Assembly (NCBI RefSeq): GCF_001194135.2
Contig: NC_068989.1
Span: forward strand, 2,175,355 to 2,239,354
DNA length: 64,000 nucleotides
Direction: 5' to 3'
Source of the DNA: Octopus bimaculoides
Lineage: Eukaryota
The position numbers and the translations under genes were made by a program. The notes under the pieces were generated by a model. The model did no database searches, had not been told where the DNA came from, and saw only the letters and a list, made by a program, of their open reading frames with translations. Positions 1 to 13,892 of this stretch are shown piece by piece (position 1 is the stretch's first letter; every line of letters starts with the position of its first letter).

Positions 1-37
<37 letters not shown>

Positions 38-558
38 ATAAATTGAGAGCTTGCCAAAGGATACTATTGTTCACACATACCCTAGATATATGCAAATATA
101 TCTATAAAGAATATCTGGTTGCAGATACTAATATTCAAGCAAGCTTTTAGATGCTTGGGAAACTTGTGAAGGACTTACGACTAACGACTATACTTCACTA
201 GACGCCAGTTGAGAAAACAGCATAATGCATTCAATACTACATTATATCCTGGGTACTGCATCGTATCAATGTGTGTAGTTATACATGTGCTGATACTTAT
301 ATACGTCATAAACATATAAATACATGTATATATATATACATATATATATATATGTGATGGTTTGTTGCCAACTTAATGTGGCAGTCCCGGGTAAAGGAAG
401 AATGCTACTGCTATTTAGCCCCAGGAAACTTTGTTTCTAGTTGCCGATGTGACATAAGCGCTCTGTATCCTTAAATTCTCAAACAGGGGAGATAAGCACC
501 TCCACCGGAAGGAGCAATTGCCATATATGTCGTATTTTTGTTAGCTAGTTTGGTTTTA

Positions 559-607
<49 letters not shown>

Positions 608-942
608 AATGCTCATACGTAAGAAGAGTGTAACAAAGTTTCTACAAATTATATATTCTTGACTGTGGAACAGTCTATTCAGTTATTCATGAAATGTCTA
701 TCAAAGTACTCCAAATATATTCCTCACTTTTTCATTCCACGAAGATAGTGCATATTCAAAATTGTGTTTTATCCATATAAAATGTTAACTACAACTGCAT
801 AGAAATATTCTATATGCAGCATCGCATTGAAGCACTGTTACCAAATCTACAAAAACATAACATGTGTGTATTCATATGTATGTATGTGTGTATGTATGTA
901 TGTATGTATGTATGTATGTATGTATGTATGTATGTATGTATG

Positions 943-973
<31 letters not shown>

Positions 974-982
974 GTAGGTATA

Positions 983-1015
<33 letters not shown>

Positions 1016-1053
1016 CATACATATATACATGTAGGTATAACATATATAAACAC

Positions 1054-1110
<57 letters not shown>

Positions 1111-1266
1111 CACATACGTACACACACATACACACACACAAACCCATGCACACACACACACATACACACATATAAATATAGACACAGACATAAATATCGA
1201 ACAGTGAGAATTAGAGCTCAACACCACCTGGTGGAAAAAATATTCCACCATCTCCTCAAGCTGAAC

Positions 1267-1457
1267 AACGATGCACAGCTGCATCTGCGATATTGCGAGT
1301 AAGGGAGCGAACCTCTACCACCTTCTAGCGACGGGACCAGCAGACGAGCCTGGTTTCGGGCTATTTCTGCCTCTCTCTCTCTGAATAAAGGCAGAATAGA
1401 AGTTGGTAGAAGTCCGCTCCCTTACTCGTAATATCTTGGATGCACCTGTGCATCGTT
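1267..1457. repeat. Imperfect long inverted repeat / fold-back element (MITE-like or structured-RNA-like)
   Basis: Arm 1267-1327 (aacgatgcacagctgcatc..gatattgcgagtaagggagcgaacctctaccaccttcta) is the near reverse complement of ~1397-1457; there is an inner helix ctatttctgcct/aggcagaatag. Confidence 0.8.
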
Positions 1458-1659
1458 AACCAGCTAGAGGAGATGTCCTCTTAGGGTTAAAAAATCGCAG
1501 TAAAATCTCTTCGAACGGACAACCATGACGAAGTGGCTACGATCACTGCTTGCCAATACAACTGCTGCGTTGATCTCTTGGAGAGATTTTAGAACTAGCA
1601 TTTTGGCTTATATAAAAGTACATGTATGTATATATATTTTTTATTTATTTATGCGCCCT

Positions 1660-1890
1660 TTTCAAGCCTAGTCAGGCTCATGGGCCCGGTTTCCCGGTTT
1701 CTATGGCGTTTGTGTTCCCCCCAACTGGACGGAACGCCAGTCCATCGCAGCTTTACTCAAGAAACAGGAAAAAAGAGTGAGAGAAAGTTGGGGCGAAAGA
1801 GTACAACAGGGGTCGCCACCACCCACTGCCGGAGCCTTGTGGAGCTTTTAGGTGTTTTCGCTCAATAAACACACACAACGCCTGGTCTGG
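1660..1890 (-). mobile_element. SINE family C copy
   Basis: Reverse complement aligns by eye to 27255-27366 (gtttattgag..gctccac.agg..gtggtggcga..ttgttgta..caactttctctcactct..ttcctgtttct). Confidence 0.7.
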
Positions 1891-1964
1891 TATGTATATA
1901 TAACTATATACATATTTATATATGCATATATATTGTGCGTTTGTGTATGTATATGTGTGGTTGT

Positions 1965-2041
<77 letters not shown>

Positions 2042-3135
2042 CGTATGCTATGTTTATATATGAGTATATATTTTTCGGTGCGAATTTGTTATACACCACG
2101 TTCTCACATTTCCTTTATTATGCTTTCATTTTTAATTTGAATTTGAGAATCAGCAAAATGAATAAGAAACTAATTAAATCACGTCTTCTTCCATTAATAG
2201 TTTCTTCCAATGAAAATCTGATTAGGGTTGGGTAAATTACAGCTGCTGTGTTTATAGTTCTTCATTAAGATATTTCGTCTCTATTTGAAGAGGATGGAAT
2301 TAATTGTGTTTCAGTTTTACATCTTTTATAAAATAAAAAAATGAAGCAAAAGCACATTCGAGTTTTGGAAAGTGAAACAACTAATAGTTTTAAATTACAA
2401 CAAAATATATCTATACTCTTCAAATACAAATGGAATATATTATAATATATTATGCTCTAATGCTTAACGTGGTTAGTTTGCGATCAGAAGGTGCTGTGTT
2501 CTATTCTTGTGACGGGTATTGCACTGTTTCTTTGAGCAAGCAACAGAATTTCTTTTAATGCCAGCATTTTTAGCCGAAATGAATTGCGGCACTCACTCCA
2601 GCACAGTTGTCACATTCTACGTGTTCTGCTTGTCCAACATGGGAATGAGAGCAGAATGTGTATCATTGTCCGGGGGGTGGGGCTCATGGAATCTACTTAA
2701 TCCTTCCCTCTCAAATTGCTGACCTTATTCTAAAACTTTAAACCAATATGTGGCATGAAGTTATGGAATAAAAATTACTCTTTTTGAAAAGAAAATTGAA
2801 GTCCCTTCTTTGGTTTGCTCTATTCATGATTATCAAACATGTAGAAGTAGTTCGGAAAAAGTGCGAAAACATAGCAAAAACATGCACTAACGCACGCGCA
2901 CACACACACATACATACATACCTACCTACATACATACATACATACATACATTCATACATACAAGCGAAATCTAGACTAGCACGGTGATCTTGCTCGCCGT
3001 AGAGCGGTTATTTCCCCATATCAGTGCACAGACATATGCTCTTTTTCAGCTCTAAGGGTTTTAACTCTTATTACAAGCAATGTAGGTGTTACCCTGCAAC
3101 GTCAGTTACAATTGTGTGTATATATATATGTGTGT

Positions 3136-3175
<40 letters not shown>

Positions 3176-4069
3176 ATGTGTACGTTGCACCTACTGAATA
3201 ATCCGCTTGGCATGGTCTGTTCCGTTATCGATTAATGTTTCTGAGTATTCTCTGTTCTGTAATATTTTGATGTCTGAAGTTATTTACCTTCATTAACCTT
3301 AGATTCATTTTGGATAGGAAGAAAAATTTTTCGGGAATTAAATTTCATAGTTTGATGTTGGTTTCTGATTTGCTGTCCGTGTCTCTTTTAATAACAAATT
3401 TATTCAAGCAAGAAAGTCCTTTTTTTAATGTATTTCAATTATATTGAAGTATATTGTTTATCTTAGAAATTAAAATTTTGAACTCATTAACTTGGTTGAA
3501 ACAGTGTATGCACCTATTATCAAAGTAACGATTTCAGTTGTGCTATAAATATATTTATTGTTGATGCTGTACATTAATCTAGATTGTCCCTCATATTTTG
3601 GACACCGACAATGGAGCAACTATTTTAGTATAGAAGTCTTACTTATTTATATATATTATAAATGATATAAATGAAATTGAAATAATTGTTTTGCAGGATG
3701 AATTTTCTCTCAACACAGATAATTTCATTTTTCTTTTCCGTTTTTGTTTTTCAGGTAATTCTTTACAAAAGAATATTTTTGAACCTAAACAATGATCTTT
3801 AACCCATCTTCATGTGGAATAATTCTATAAATATTTACTGCAATGAATGGAACAAAAGTGTATTTCCTTTGAGTGTTCGGGAAATGGTTTAAAAATATCT
3901 AAATCATGTCTTATCAAACTCGATACTTCAGAAATAATTTCAAAAGAATATTGAAAAGAAATATCTGTATTTTGAGAAACAGATAACGGTTAAAATTTTT
4001 ATATTTTGGGGTGCTTTGCGGACTAGTTCTATAGCGCGTCAGCAGATGGCAGCACATCTGAAGAGAGCC

Positions 4070-4850
4070 TCCAAGAAATGAAGGAAGTATTAACCAAAAT
4101 TGGAGGTATCAGAGCAGATGCTAAGAATTATAGACCTGTCATTGTCTTCTAGGAATGCAATTGGTTTCTTCCTGACAATACATTCCATGCTTTTACTGAC
4201 ATGGGAAGTTAGAGAGACAGGTACTAGGAGACTATGCTAGTCCTATGGTGGACATTTGTCCCCAGCCGTCTGGAAGACTGCTCTCAACTGTGGTCAACTT
4301 ACGCTATAAGATTAATAGCAGAACTTGAGGCGATTCAGCGGTACTACACGAGGAAGACTGCATTAATGGAACAGCTGACCTACTGGGAGAGACTGAAAGA
4401 GCTACGATTCTACTCACTGGAGCGAAGACAGGAGAGGTATGAAGTGATAGGTGTGTGGAAGATACTGGAGGGGCTGGCACCAAACTTTGGGATTGAGAGT
4501 TGTGCCAGACCTCGAAATAGACGTCATTGCACTGTTCCAAAAGCCCCAGCTGTCTCATCTAAGGTGAGGACCATATATTGCAATAGCTTGGGATTCAAGG
4601 GCCCACAACTATTTAACTCCTTTCTAAAATATCTGAGGGATCTCCGTGGAGTGGGAGTAGATGTTTTCAAGAAACAATTTGACTTCTTGTTATCCAAGAT
4701 CCCAGACAAACCAATATCAAAGCCGGAAATTCAAAAGAAGGCAGCGGTTTCGAACTCCCTTCACGAAAAGCCAATCTCATAGAATTGGTCAATTAAAAGG
4801 TGATTACACTGGTGGTGCCCCAGCATGGCTGCAACCTCAAGGCTTTAACA
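4070..4850 (+). mobile_element. CR1/L2-type LINE 3' end (RT C-terminus and 3' UTR), decayed and internally deleted
   Basis: ORF 4234-4782 reads SRLEDCSQLWS..LEAIQRYYTRK..YWERLKELRFYSLERRQERY..WKILEGLAPN..GPQLFNS, typical of the CR1-clade RT C-terminus; upstream GGIRADAKNYRPV is the start of the RT. Confidence 0.85.
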
Positions 4851-4907
4851 TATAAAAGAATTTAAAATATGTATTTGTGCGTGTGTGTGTATGTATGTGT
4901 GTATGTA

Positions 4908-4996
<89 letters not shown>

Positions 4997-5815
4997 ATGC
5001 CTATGTATATATGTCTTTGCTAAGAATACGTCGAAGTGAAATTATCAAATTTGAAAAGTTCATTTTTCAGAACTTTATAGTTTGTGTTGCCCCTCAACGT
5101 GCTGCCGCTGGTACCATGATGCTGCAATGACTTGCGAAAAAGTCTCTGATTTGATAACACTTCGTGTCAAAGCAAAGCCGTAAAAGAATTATCAAAATAA
5201 AACAAAAAAAAGAATTATCAAAATAAAACAAACTTACTTCAGCTAATCAGATGTTGAGAAGAAAACTCTCCCGCAGTTTCAGAATAGTCGTTGAGTGAAT
5301 TCGTCAATTGTTATCCGTATTTACTCGGTGAGAGTAAATGCTTTATCTCTGTTTGTGGTCCACTTGAAGTCATTTGAACTTGACGGAATATAACCACAGG
5401 CGAATATAACTCTTAACAATGTAAGCTCACGAAACATTCGTCAATTTTATCCTGCTGGCACTGACTATAACAGTACTTATGCATTGTTACTTCAATGTGT
5501 TTATCTCTTCCCAATTAGATCGACAGAAATATTACTAAGTGAGGAATAATGAACAAGGCAGTGTCAATGACAGGCCCTTCACCGTCTCCCTCCACAGCCA
5601 ATTCGGCTCCTGAACAAATCGATACTAAGTAAAATAATGTAATATATATGTGTGCGTCTGTACGTCACTGTATATAAGTTGCTGTATGTATGTGTGTATG
5701 TATATATATCAAGATGTATACATATATTCGCATACATGTGTATCTATCTATCTATGTATCTATCCATCTGTCTATCTGACTGACTGCCTGCCCGTCTGTC
5801 TGTCTGTCTGGCTGC

Positions 5816-5871
<56 letters not shown>

Positions 5872-6028
5872 ATTTATATATATATATATATANNNNNNNN
5901 NNNNNNNNNNNNNNNNNNNNNNNNNNNNNNNNNNNNNNNNNNNNNNNNNNNNNNNNNNNNNNNNNNNNNNNNNNNNNNNNNNNNNNNNNNNNNNNNNNNN
6001 NNNNNNNNNNNNNTGTGTGTGTGTGTGT

Positions 6029-6066
<38 letters not shown>

Positions 6067-6849
6067 ACAAATTTCTAATTTCTATATACGTAATTATGTT
6101 GATAGATATGTTAATATATAGAAAGATATGTTACCTTTGTCAGCAGGTCTCAAAATCGAAGTAAACATACACAGCAGGAGGCTTAAATAACCTCCAATAA
6201 AACCAATAGCAGAACCCAGTCTTTTGTCGATCAGATTGAAACTTCTCCTATTACGCTTTTGAGGGACAGAACGCATTCGACTATTCAGAATTTCTGTCCG
6301 CTGTCATCCGCTGAGCCTTTCGGACGATTTGCGACATGCGCAGAAACTACGACAACTGCTGGGATGCTTGGGTAATGCTTGGGTTATTGTCCTTTTCATG
6401 AGGATGCTGTTCTAGATCATACTGGGCTTGTAGCCTCAAAAATATTTGAAAAAAATCCTCACATCTCTACTAGTCGTACAATATCGCCAATGATATTGTA
6501 ATCAGTGCCTTCTCTACGGGGCTATTTGTGAGTATGCAGAGACTGCGTGGTGGACCACATTAAACAGGCTGAAGACAGACACTTTAATCAGTGGTCAGTC
6601 CCACATCAAATAGTTGAAGAAATTAAGGTTGGACTGGGTGGCATTCTTGTACTAAGTCTGCCGAAAGTAGCTGAGAGTGAGGAGAATAAGTTGCGCACAA
6701 AGGTATAACCGCAACCCGTAGTTGTAATCCGGAGAACACAGATTGCAAGGGGATTTACCGTGGTTATTCCTGGGAAATCCCAGAGATGCGAAGTTCATAG
6801 GATAGTCATAGGCAACTGTCCCTCTATTGAACAACTTCATTTAATTTGT

Positions 6850-7313
<464 letters not shown>

Positions 7314-7343
7314 ATGAACAACGACAACAACAACAACAACAGC

Positions 7344-7376
<33 letters not shown>

Positions 7377-7709
7377 AAAAACATGCATACAAGCATACAC
7401 ACTCACACATATATATATTGAGATACAGACAGAAGGCGAAAGTGATGGAAGGAGAGAAAAAGTGGGAGGCAGACAATGTAAAGACAGCAAATGGAAACGC
7501 ACGGAATTAATGTGGCTACCATATATGGTAATACAGAGTAAAAATGTAGTTTTGGTTTATGAAAGAATAACAGATGGAGACGAAGAGAAAGAAAGAAAGA
7601 AAGACAGAAGAAAAAGGGAGAAAACATTTAAAGAAAGGAGGTCGAGAGCAAAGAGGAAGTTGTGAACAACATATCTATCTACAGATTTGTATCTTTTGTC
7701 TATTACACG

Positions 7710-8033
7710 TTAGACTAATTAGACTGCGGCCATACTGGGGCATCGACTAGAAGGATTTTAGTCGGACGAATCGATCCCAGTACTTTTTTTTCGGTGTGTT
7801 TTGCCGAACTGCTAAGTTGTGAGTAGGTAAACACACCAACATCAGTTGTCAAGCGGTGTTGGGACAAACAATCACAAAAATCATACAAACACATACATAT
7901 GTAGTGAGCAAATCCACTCTCAGGCTTCCGTTAGTCCAAGGCTATCGTAGAAGACACTTGCTCAGAGTGCCGCGTAATGGGATACAACCTGGAGCCATGT
8001 TGTCTGGAAGCAAACTTAAACTCACAACCACGT
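7710..8033 (-). mobile_element. SINE family A copy
   Basis: Matches 10661-10826 and 32446-32822 (caagtgtcttctac..ggatttg..gacaaccga..ccccag.atggccgcagtc). Confidence 0.8.
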
Positions 8034-8051
8034 CTTCACCTTTAGCTACGC

Positions 8052-8335
8052 TTTATCTATCTGACAGCGGTTCTGGGACTAACATCAACTTGTTCTGCTA
8101 TGTCAGAGGCTTTGCAATGAGGATTATCCTCCACACTTTATTTAACAATGCAAAAGGTCCTGTCAGAGGGCCCTGGTTGACCTGGGTGAGGTGATGTGGA
8201 CTCCTCCCCTCTCTGGTGAATTGCACAATCTACCTATTAACTTTAGAAAGCGAGATCCCTAGGTTTTCTATGATTTCTGAAGGTCCACCATCAGATTGAC
8301 CCACAATACGCCCTCTTTGAAATTTGTGCATTAAC
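8052..8335 (-). mobile_element. Tc1-like transposase N-terminal HTH relic
   Basis: Minus-strand translation [35 protein letters not shown] / PGQPGPSDRT..VK*SVEDNPHCKASDIAEQVDVSPRTAVR resembles the Tc1 paired-like DNA-binding domain; it has stops and a frameshift. Confidence 0.7.
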
Positions 8336-9949
8336 AAAAAATATTAACATTTTCAAGTTAAAATAAACATAAAACTATGTTTCATGGCTTGTCTATTTAC
8401 TTCTGTCTTGTCTGTGTGAATATATATATATATATATATANNNNNNNNNNNNNNNNNNNNNNNNNNNNNNNNNNNNNNNNNNNNNNNNNNNNNNNNNNNN
8501 NNNNNNNNNNNNNNNNNNNNNNNNNNNNNNNNNNNNNNNNNNNNNNNNNNNNNNNNNNNNNNNNNNNNNNNNNNNNNNNNNNNNNNNNNNNNNNNNNNNN
8601 NNNNNNNNNNNNNNNNNNNNNNNNNNNNNNNNNNNNNNNNNNNNNNNNNNNNNNNNNNNNNNNNNNNNNNNNNNNNNNNNNNNNNNNNNNNNNNNNNNNN
8701 NNNNNNNNNNNNNNNNNNNNNNNNNNNNNNNNNNNNNNNNNNNNNNNNNNNNNNNNNNNNNNNNNNNNNNNNNNNNNNNNNNNNNNNNNNNNNNNNNNNN
8801 NNNNNNNNNNNNNNNNNNNNNNNNNNNNNNNNNNNNNNNNNNNNNNNNNNNNNNNNNNNNNNNNNNNNNNNNNNNNNNNNNNNNNNNNNNNNNNNNNNNN
8901 NNNNNNNNNNNNNNNNNNNNNNNNNNNNNNNNNNNNNNNNNNNNNNNNNNNNNNNNNNNNNNNNNNNNNNNNNNNNNNNNNNNNNNNNNNNNNNNNNNNN
9001 NNNNNNNNNNNNNNNNNNNNNNNNNNNNNNNNNNNNNNNNNNNNNNNNNNNNNNNNNNNNNNNNNNNNNNNNNNNNNNNNNNNNNNNNNNNNNNNNNNNN
9101 NNNNNNNNNNNNNNNNNNNNNNNNNNNNNNNNNNNNNNNNNNNNNNNNNNNNNNNNNNNNNNNNNNNNNNNNNNNNNNNNNNNNNNNNNNNNNNNNNNNN
9201 NNNNNNNNNNNNNNNNNNNNNNNNNNNNNNNNNNNNNNNNNNNNNNNNNNNNNNNNNNNNNNNNNNNNNNNNNNNNNNNNNNNNNNNNNNNNTATATATA
9301 TAGCGAGAGAGAGAGAGAGAGAGAAATAGATAGGTATATACATATATATATACAAATATATATATATGTATATATGTATGTATACATATATACTTATATA
9401 CTTAACTACATACACATACACACTCACACACACACACACAGATATATATATATATATATATTCATACAAACATACACTTTTTAATTGGAAGTAAGTTGTG
9501 GAAAAACATGAATAATATGACTAATAAAAATGAATAGTTTGTCACTAAAAGTGTATGGAGTATCGTATAAAGATGAATGAAATCGCAAAATGTTTTTCTC
9601 TCTGAGTACAAAAGCAAACAGAAGCATTGTTGTAAATGAAACCAAACCAATGTCGCATGAGAACTGAGAAGTGGAATGTGGACACGTGTTTCCGTTCCAA
9701 AGCTTCACATATACATATACATATTCATATATACGTATACGTATATATTTTTGTTTACATATGATGGCCGTCCAATTGTGACAGAGGAAAACCATTACTG
9801 ACCTTTAGGAACATTGTGCACTCAAGCCTACCTTATACTTCGCTCTTGCGACTCCGTTGGGGACTAACGAGCGCTGTTCTTGACAAACATACACGACTGC
9901 AAACATTGCAGACCAAGATTTCACCATTCATTACATTAGCGGTGCGTTT

Positions 9950-10600
9950 TCAAGTCGCACACTTAAATTCTTCATGAAGAATATGTGCTCTTTCAAAGAT
10001 ATCGACTCCCTCCTTTATTGGTTTCCTCCATCCGTGGCGATGACAAACATTGCTCACTCAATCAGCCACCCGCATCTCACAGGCCTTTAGTGAGGACGTT
10101 ACACAGTCCTTAAATCGCAGTCTTGGCTTCTGCTGGAATCGCTTTTCACTTACAAGTTCCCCATGTATCTTCTGTTTAGGGATCCTGCTATAGGGTGTCC
10201 TGCCCAACGTAACCAATACTTGTGCACCATCACCTCAATACTCAAGATATTAGCTTTCCTCAGGACCTGTGCGTCTGGAGTTTTTAAGGTCCAGCCAACA
10301 TTAAGAATGTGTCTTAGACATCTCTGATGGAAGCGTCAAGGACCTTTACATCATATTTGTAAAGGGTCCATGTCTCACATGAGTAAAGTCAGTACACATG
10401 CACGGTACACAGCAATTTTTGTTCGCCTTGTGATACCATGTTAGGATCAGAGACGAGACTCAAGAGACCGGAGGGAATCAGTTGCTCTCTGCAGCCTGAA
10501 AGATATTTCATCATCCAGGGAGCAAGAACGGCTGAATGTGCAGCACAGGCAGACAAGCTTGTCTACCACTTTCAGTATTGTTCTTTCAATCAAGATAGCT
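9950..10600 (-). mobile_element. RTE-clade LINE RT C-terminal relic
   Basis: Minus-strand frames read ETWTLYKYDVKVLD / FHQRCLRHILNVGW..QVLRKANILSIEVMVHKYWLRWAGH / RIPKQKIHGEL..KPRLRFKDCVTSSLKAC, the RTE signature. Confidence 0.85.
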
Positions 10601-10660
10601 GGTTCCACATATGAATTTCCTGGTGCACGCTGGAAGATTTATATATATTCAAACATACAA

Positions 10661-10826
10661 GGCGCAGGAGTGGCTGTGAAGCTTGCTTACCAACCATATG
10701 GTTCCAGTTTTAGTCCTACTGTGTAGCATCTTGGGCAAGTATCTTCTACTATAGCCTCGGGCCGACCAAATCCTTGTGAGTGGATTTGGTATTGGTAGAC
10801 GGAAACTGAAAGAAGGCCGTCGTATA
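10661..10826 (+). mobile_element. SINE family A, 5' half (runs into a gap)
   Basis: ggcgcaggagtggctgtg..gcttgcttaccaacc..tggttcc..ttgggcaagt.tcttctactatagcctcgggccgacc; tRNA-like head. Confidence 0.85.
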
Positions 10827-11360
10827 CTTACATACATTCATACATACATATATATATATATANNNNNNNNNNNNNNNNNNNNNNNNNNNNNNNNNNNNNN
10901 NNNNNNNNNNNNNNNNNNNNNNNNNNNNNNNNNNNNNNNNNNNNNNNNNNNNNNNNNNNNNNNNNNNNNNNNNNNNNNNNNNNNNNNNNNNNNNNNNNNN
11001 NNNNNNNNNNNNNNNNNNNNNNNNNNNNNNNNNNNNNNNNNNNNNNNNNNNNNNNNNNNNNNNNNNNNNNNNNNNNNNNNNNNNNNNNNNNNNNNNNNNN
11101 NNNNNNNNNNNNNNNNNNNNNNNNNNNNNNNNNNNNNNNNNNNNNNNNNNNNNNNNNNNNNNNNNNNNNNNNNNNNNNNNNNNNNNNNNNNNNNNNNNNN
11201 NNNNNNNNNNNNNNNNNNNNNNNNNNNNNNNNNNNNNNNNNNNNNNNNNNNNNNNNNNNNNNNNNNNNNNNNNNNNNNNNNNNNNNNNNNNNNNNNNNNN
11301 NNNNNNNNNNNNNNNNNNNNNNNNNNNNNNNNNNNNNNNNNNNNNNNNNNNNNNNNNNNN

Positions 11361-11403
<43 letters not shown>

Positions 11404-12061
11404 TTATGTGTGTGCGTGTGTGTGTATGTGTATGTGTGTGTGTCTATTTATATTTATGTGTAAGCATTATACTTATGCCTGTATGCATGTATGTACGTGT
11501 GTATGTGTTTGTGTGTATATATGCATGCATGCATATATTCCTTTCTGGTGTACACTTGTACGGATTTGTGAGCAGCCATAGCATCCTTATTCACATACTA
11601 CTAGCAGTACTCTATCACTAGAGCAGCTGGTTTTATGTGACGTATTACGCGCACGTGTCTCTCAGTCAGAATCCAAATATTTCCGTAAATGGCAAAAACA
11701 TAAACGTGATTCTATAGAATCTGTGTTTTGAATGAGATTTTGCTATCCGTTGCGTGGGAGGTGATGATTCAACAACTATCCATTAATATTCTTCCTGTTG
11801 TCAACGAGTTTATTCAATGGCACACATGATCTTAGAATTGCCACGTTTTACTCGCACGTTTTTGTTCCCGTTTTCCAAGTGATATCTTGATTTTGTTTTT
11901 CTCCGTCTGGTTTGTTATAATTCTAATTCATACAAATCGAGAAAGAGAAGCGCACAACAGAATCAATGACGATTTGAAAATATACAGAGATGAGTGGCTG
12001 TGAAAATAATAAAACAACAATTAATGTTATCTATCTATCTATCTATCTATCTGTCTGTCTG

Positions 12062-12094
<33 letters not shown>

Positions 12095-12098
12095 CTAC

Positions 12099-12180
<82 letters not shown>

Positions 12181-12191
12181 CTATCTATCTA

Positions 12192-12228
<37 letters not shown>

Positions 12229-13329
12229 GAGTTCTGGAGAAGGACAAAAGCTACAAAGGAAGAAAAAACGTCCTTACTATGTAATAAATCAACGTAATTG
12301 ATTGGGAATCGTCAATGCTGTTCTCAGATTTGGGTCTCAGGTGCATGGGTGACGGAAGAAGGGGACTTCTTAAAAATACAGAAAGTTTTTTCTTAATGTA
12401 TTACTACTAACCTGCATCTTTGATGCACGTTAACTGCTGGGCGGCTAAAAATCATTGCTTGTTCGGTTGATTGCAGATGAAACGCGCCACGCGCTGCGAA
12501 ACTCATTGATACAAACAGAGACAACGTTTACAGTTTTTAATTAATCTGACAACTTAATGAGCCCTAAGCAACACAGAAAATATCGACAGTTTGTAGTTAT
12601 ACAGAAAACATTCAGTACCCTTTGTGACTCAGATAAACATAAAAGCTCACATTACATGCCGGAAGTTCCGATCCATTTGAACACAAAGTGTTAACTCTTG
12701 GCTTAAGTATGTGGATATATAAATACGCAATTGTGTTTGTCTTTCCGATGTACTGTACACGTCCGAACCTACCCATCGTTTGAGCTTATTACGTGACCAT
12801 CATATCTCTTCTGTTGATATTACGTTGCTATTAAAATAATACTACTTCAAGATTTACATTCGGAAACAACTGTGCAAGTTGTAGCGGTGCGTCTTTCGTC
12901 GTTCGAGACGTCTTCTCTATTTAGTGTCTTAATGAGATTAAGAAACCAAATAGAGAAGACGTTTCTAACAGTAATACACTCATAACTAAATGTTTCGACA
13001 GTACCTCGTGGTTTGTGTCTGTAATGGCCGGCAAATATAACGCACTCGGTCCATTGATTACCTGATAAAATACCCTTGAATGCTGACCAGTTTGTTCACT
13101 GATCTTTGAGACTTTTGATATTTATTAATTAATCAATAGCATTTGTAGAATATGCATAATCGTGATAGAATATATTCTAGCACCTTCCAGACATTTCTTT
13201 AGAAATGCATTATTCAATTAACCATTAATGCACATTTGGTTATCTTGTTAAGCATCTTTCATCTCTAACGCGGCTTCTGCTGCCGCCAGTAACGTTTCTA
13301 CGCTTGTTACTATTTTTACTGTACTTTTC

Positions 13330-13692
13330 ATCTTTTACTTGTTTCACTCATTTGACTGTGGCCATGCTGGGGCACTGCTTTCAAGAATATTTTGTTGAAC
13401 GAAATGACCCTAATATTAATTTTTAAGTCTGGTACTTTTTCTATCCCTCTCTTTTGCTGAACAGCTAAGTTACGGAGACGACTACACACCAACACCGGTT
13501 GTCAAGCGGTGTGGGGTACACACACACACACACACACACATGATGGCCTTTTCTGAATTTCCGTCTACCAAATCTACTCTATTCACAAGGTTTTGATCGA
13601 CCCGAGACTATAGTAGAAGTCACTTGCCCAATGTGCCACGCATCGGAACTGAACCCGCAACTATGAAGCAGGGAGCAGACTTCTTACCATCC
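13330..13692 (-). mobile_element. SINE family A copy
   Basis: Reverse complement matches the family A head, internal (GT)n and ccccagcatggccacagtcaaatga tail. Confidence 0.85.
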
Positions 13693-13892
13693 AGTGAACA
13701 TTTCGTTATCTGGTTAGTGATCTTTGATTTATAATGCCTTTTTCTCAGCCAGTAAGGTTCCTACACTTTGCTTGTAACGATTTTTACTGTATGTCTGTAT
13801 AAGAAAATGGAGGAGAAATAACAATAACAAGCGTGTCTTTTGTGCTAAGAAGCCATTATTTAATTAGTTAAGAAAGGTGAGAGTAAGAGCGA

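Noticed and set aside
810-1302. Long ORFs with YI/CV/HT runs, and similar or X-filled ORFs across the window
   Set aside because: They are translations of microsatellites and N-gaps, not proteins.
10661-10730. tRNA-like heads of the SINEs as real tRNA genes
   Set aside because: No complete cloverleaf; each is fused to a SINE body and repeated many times.
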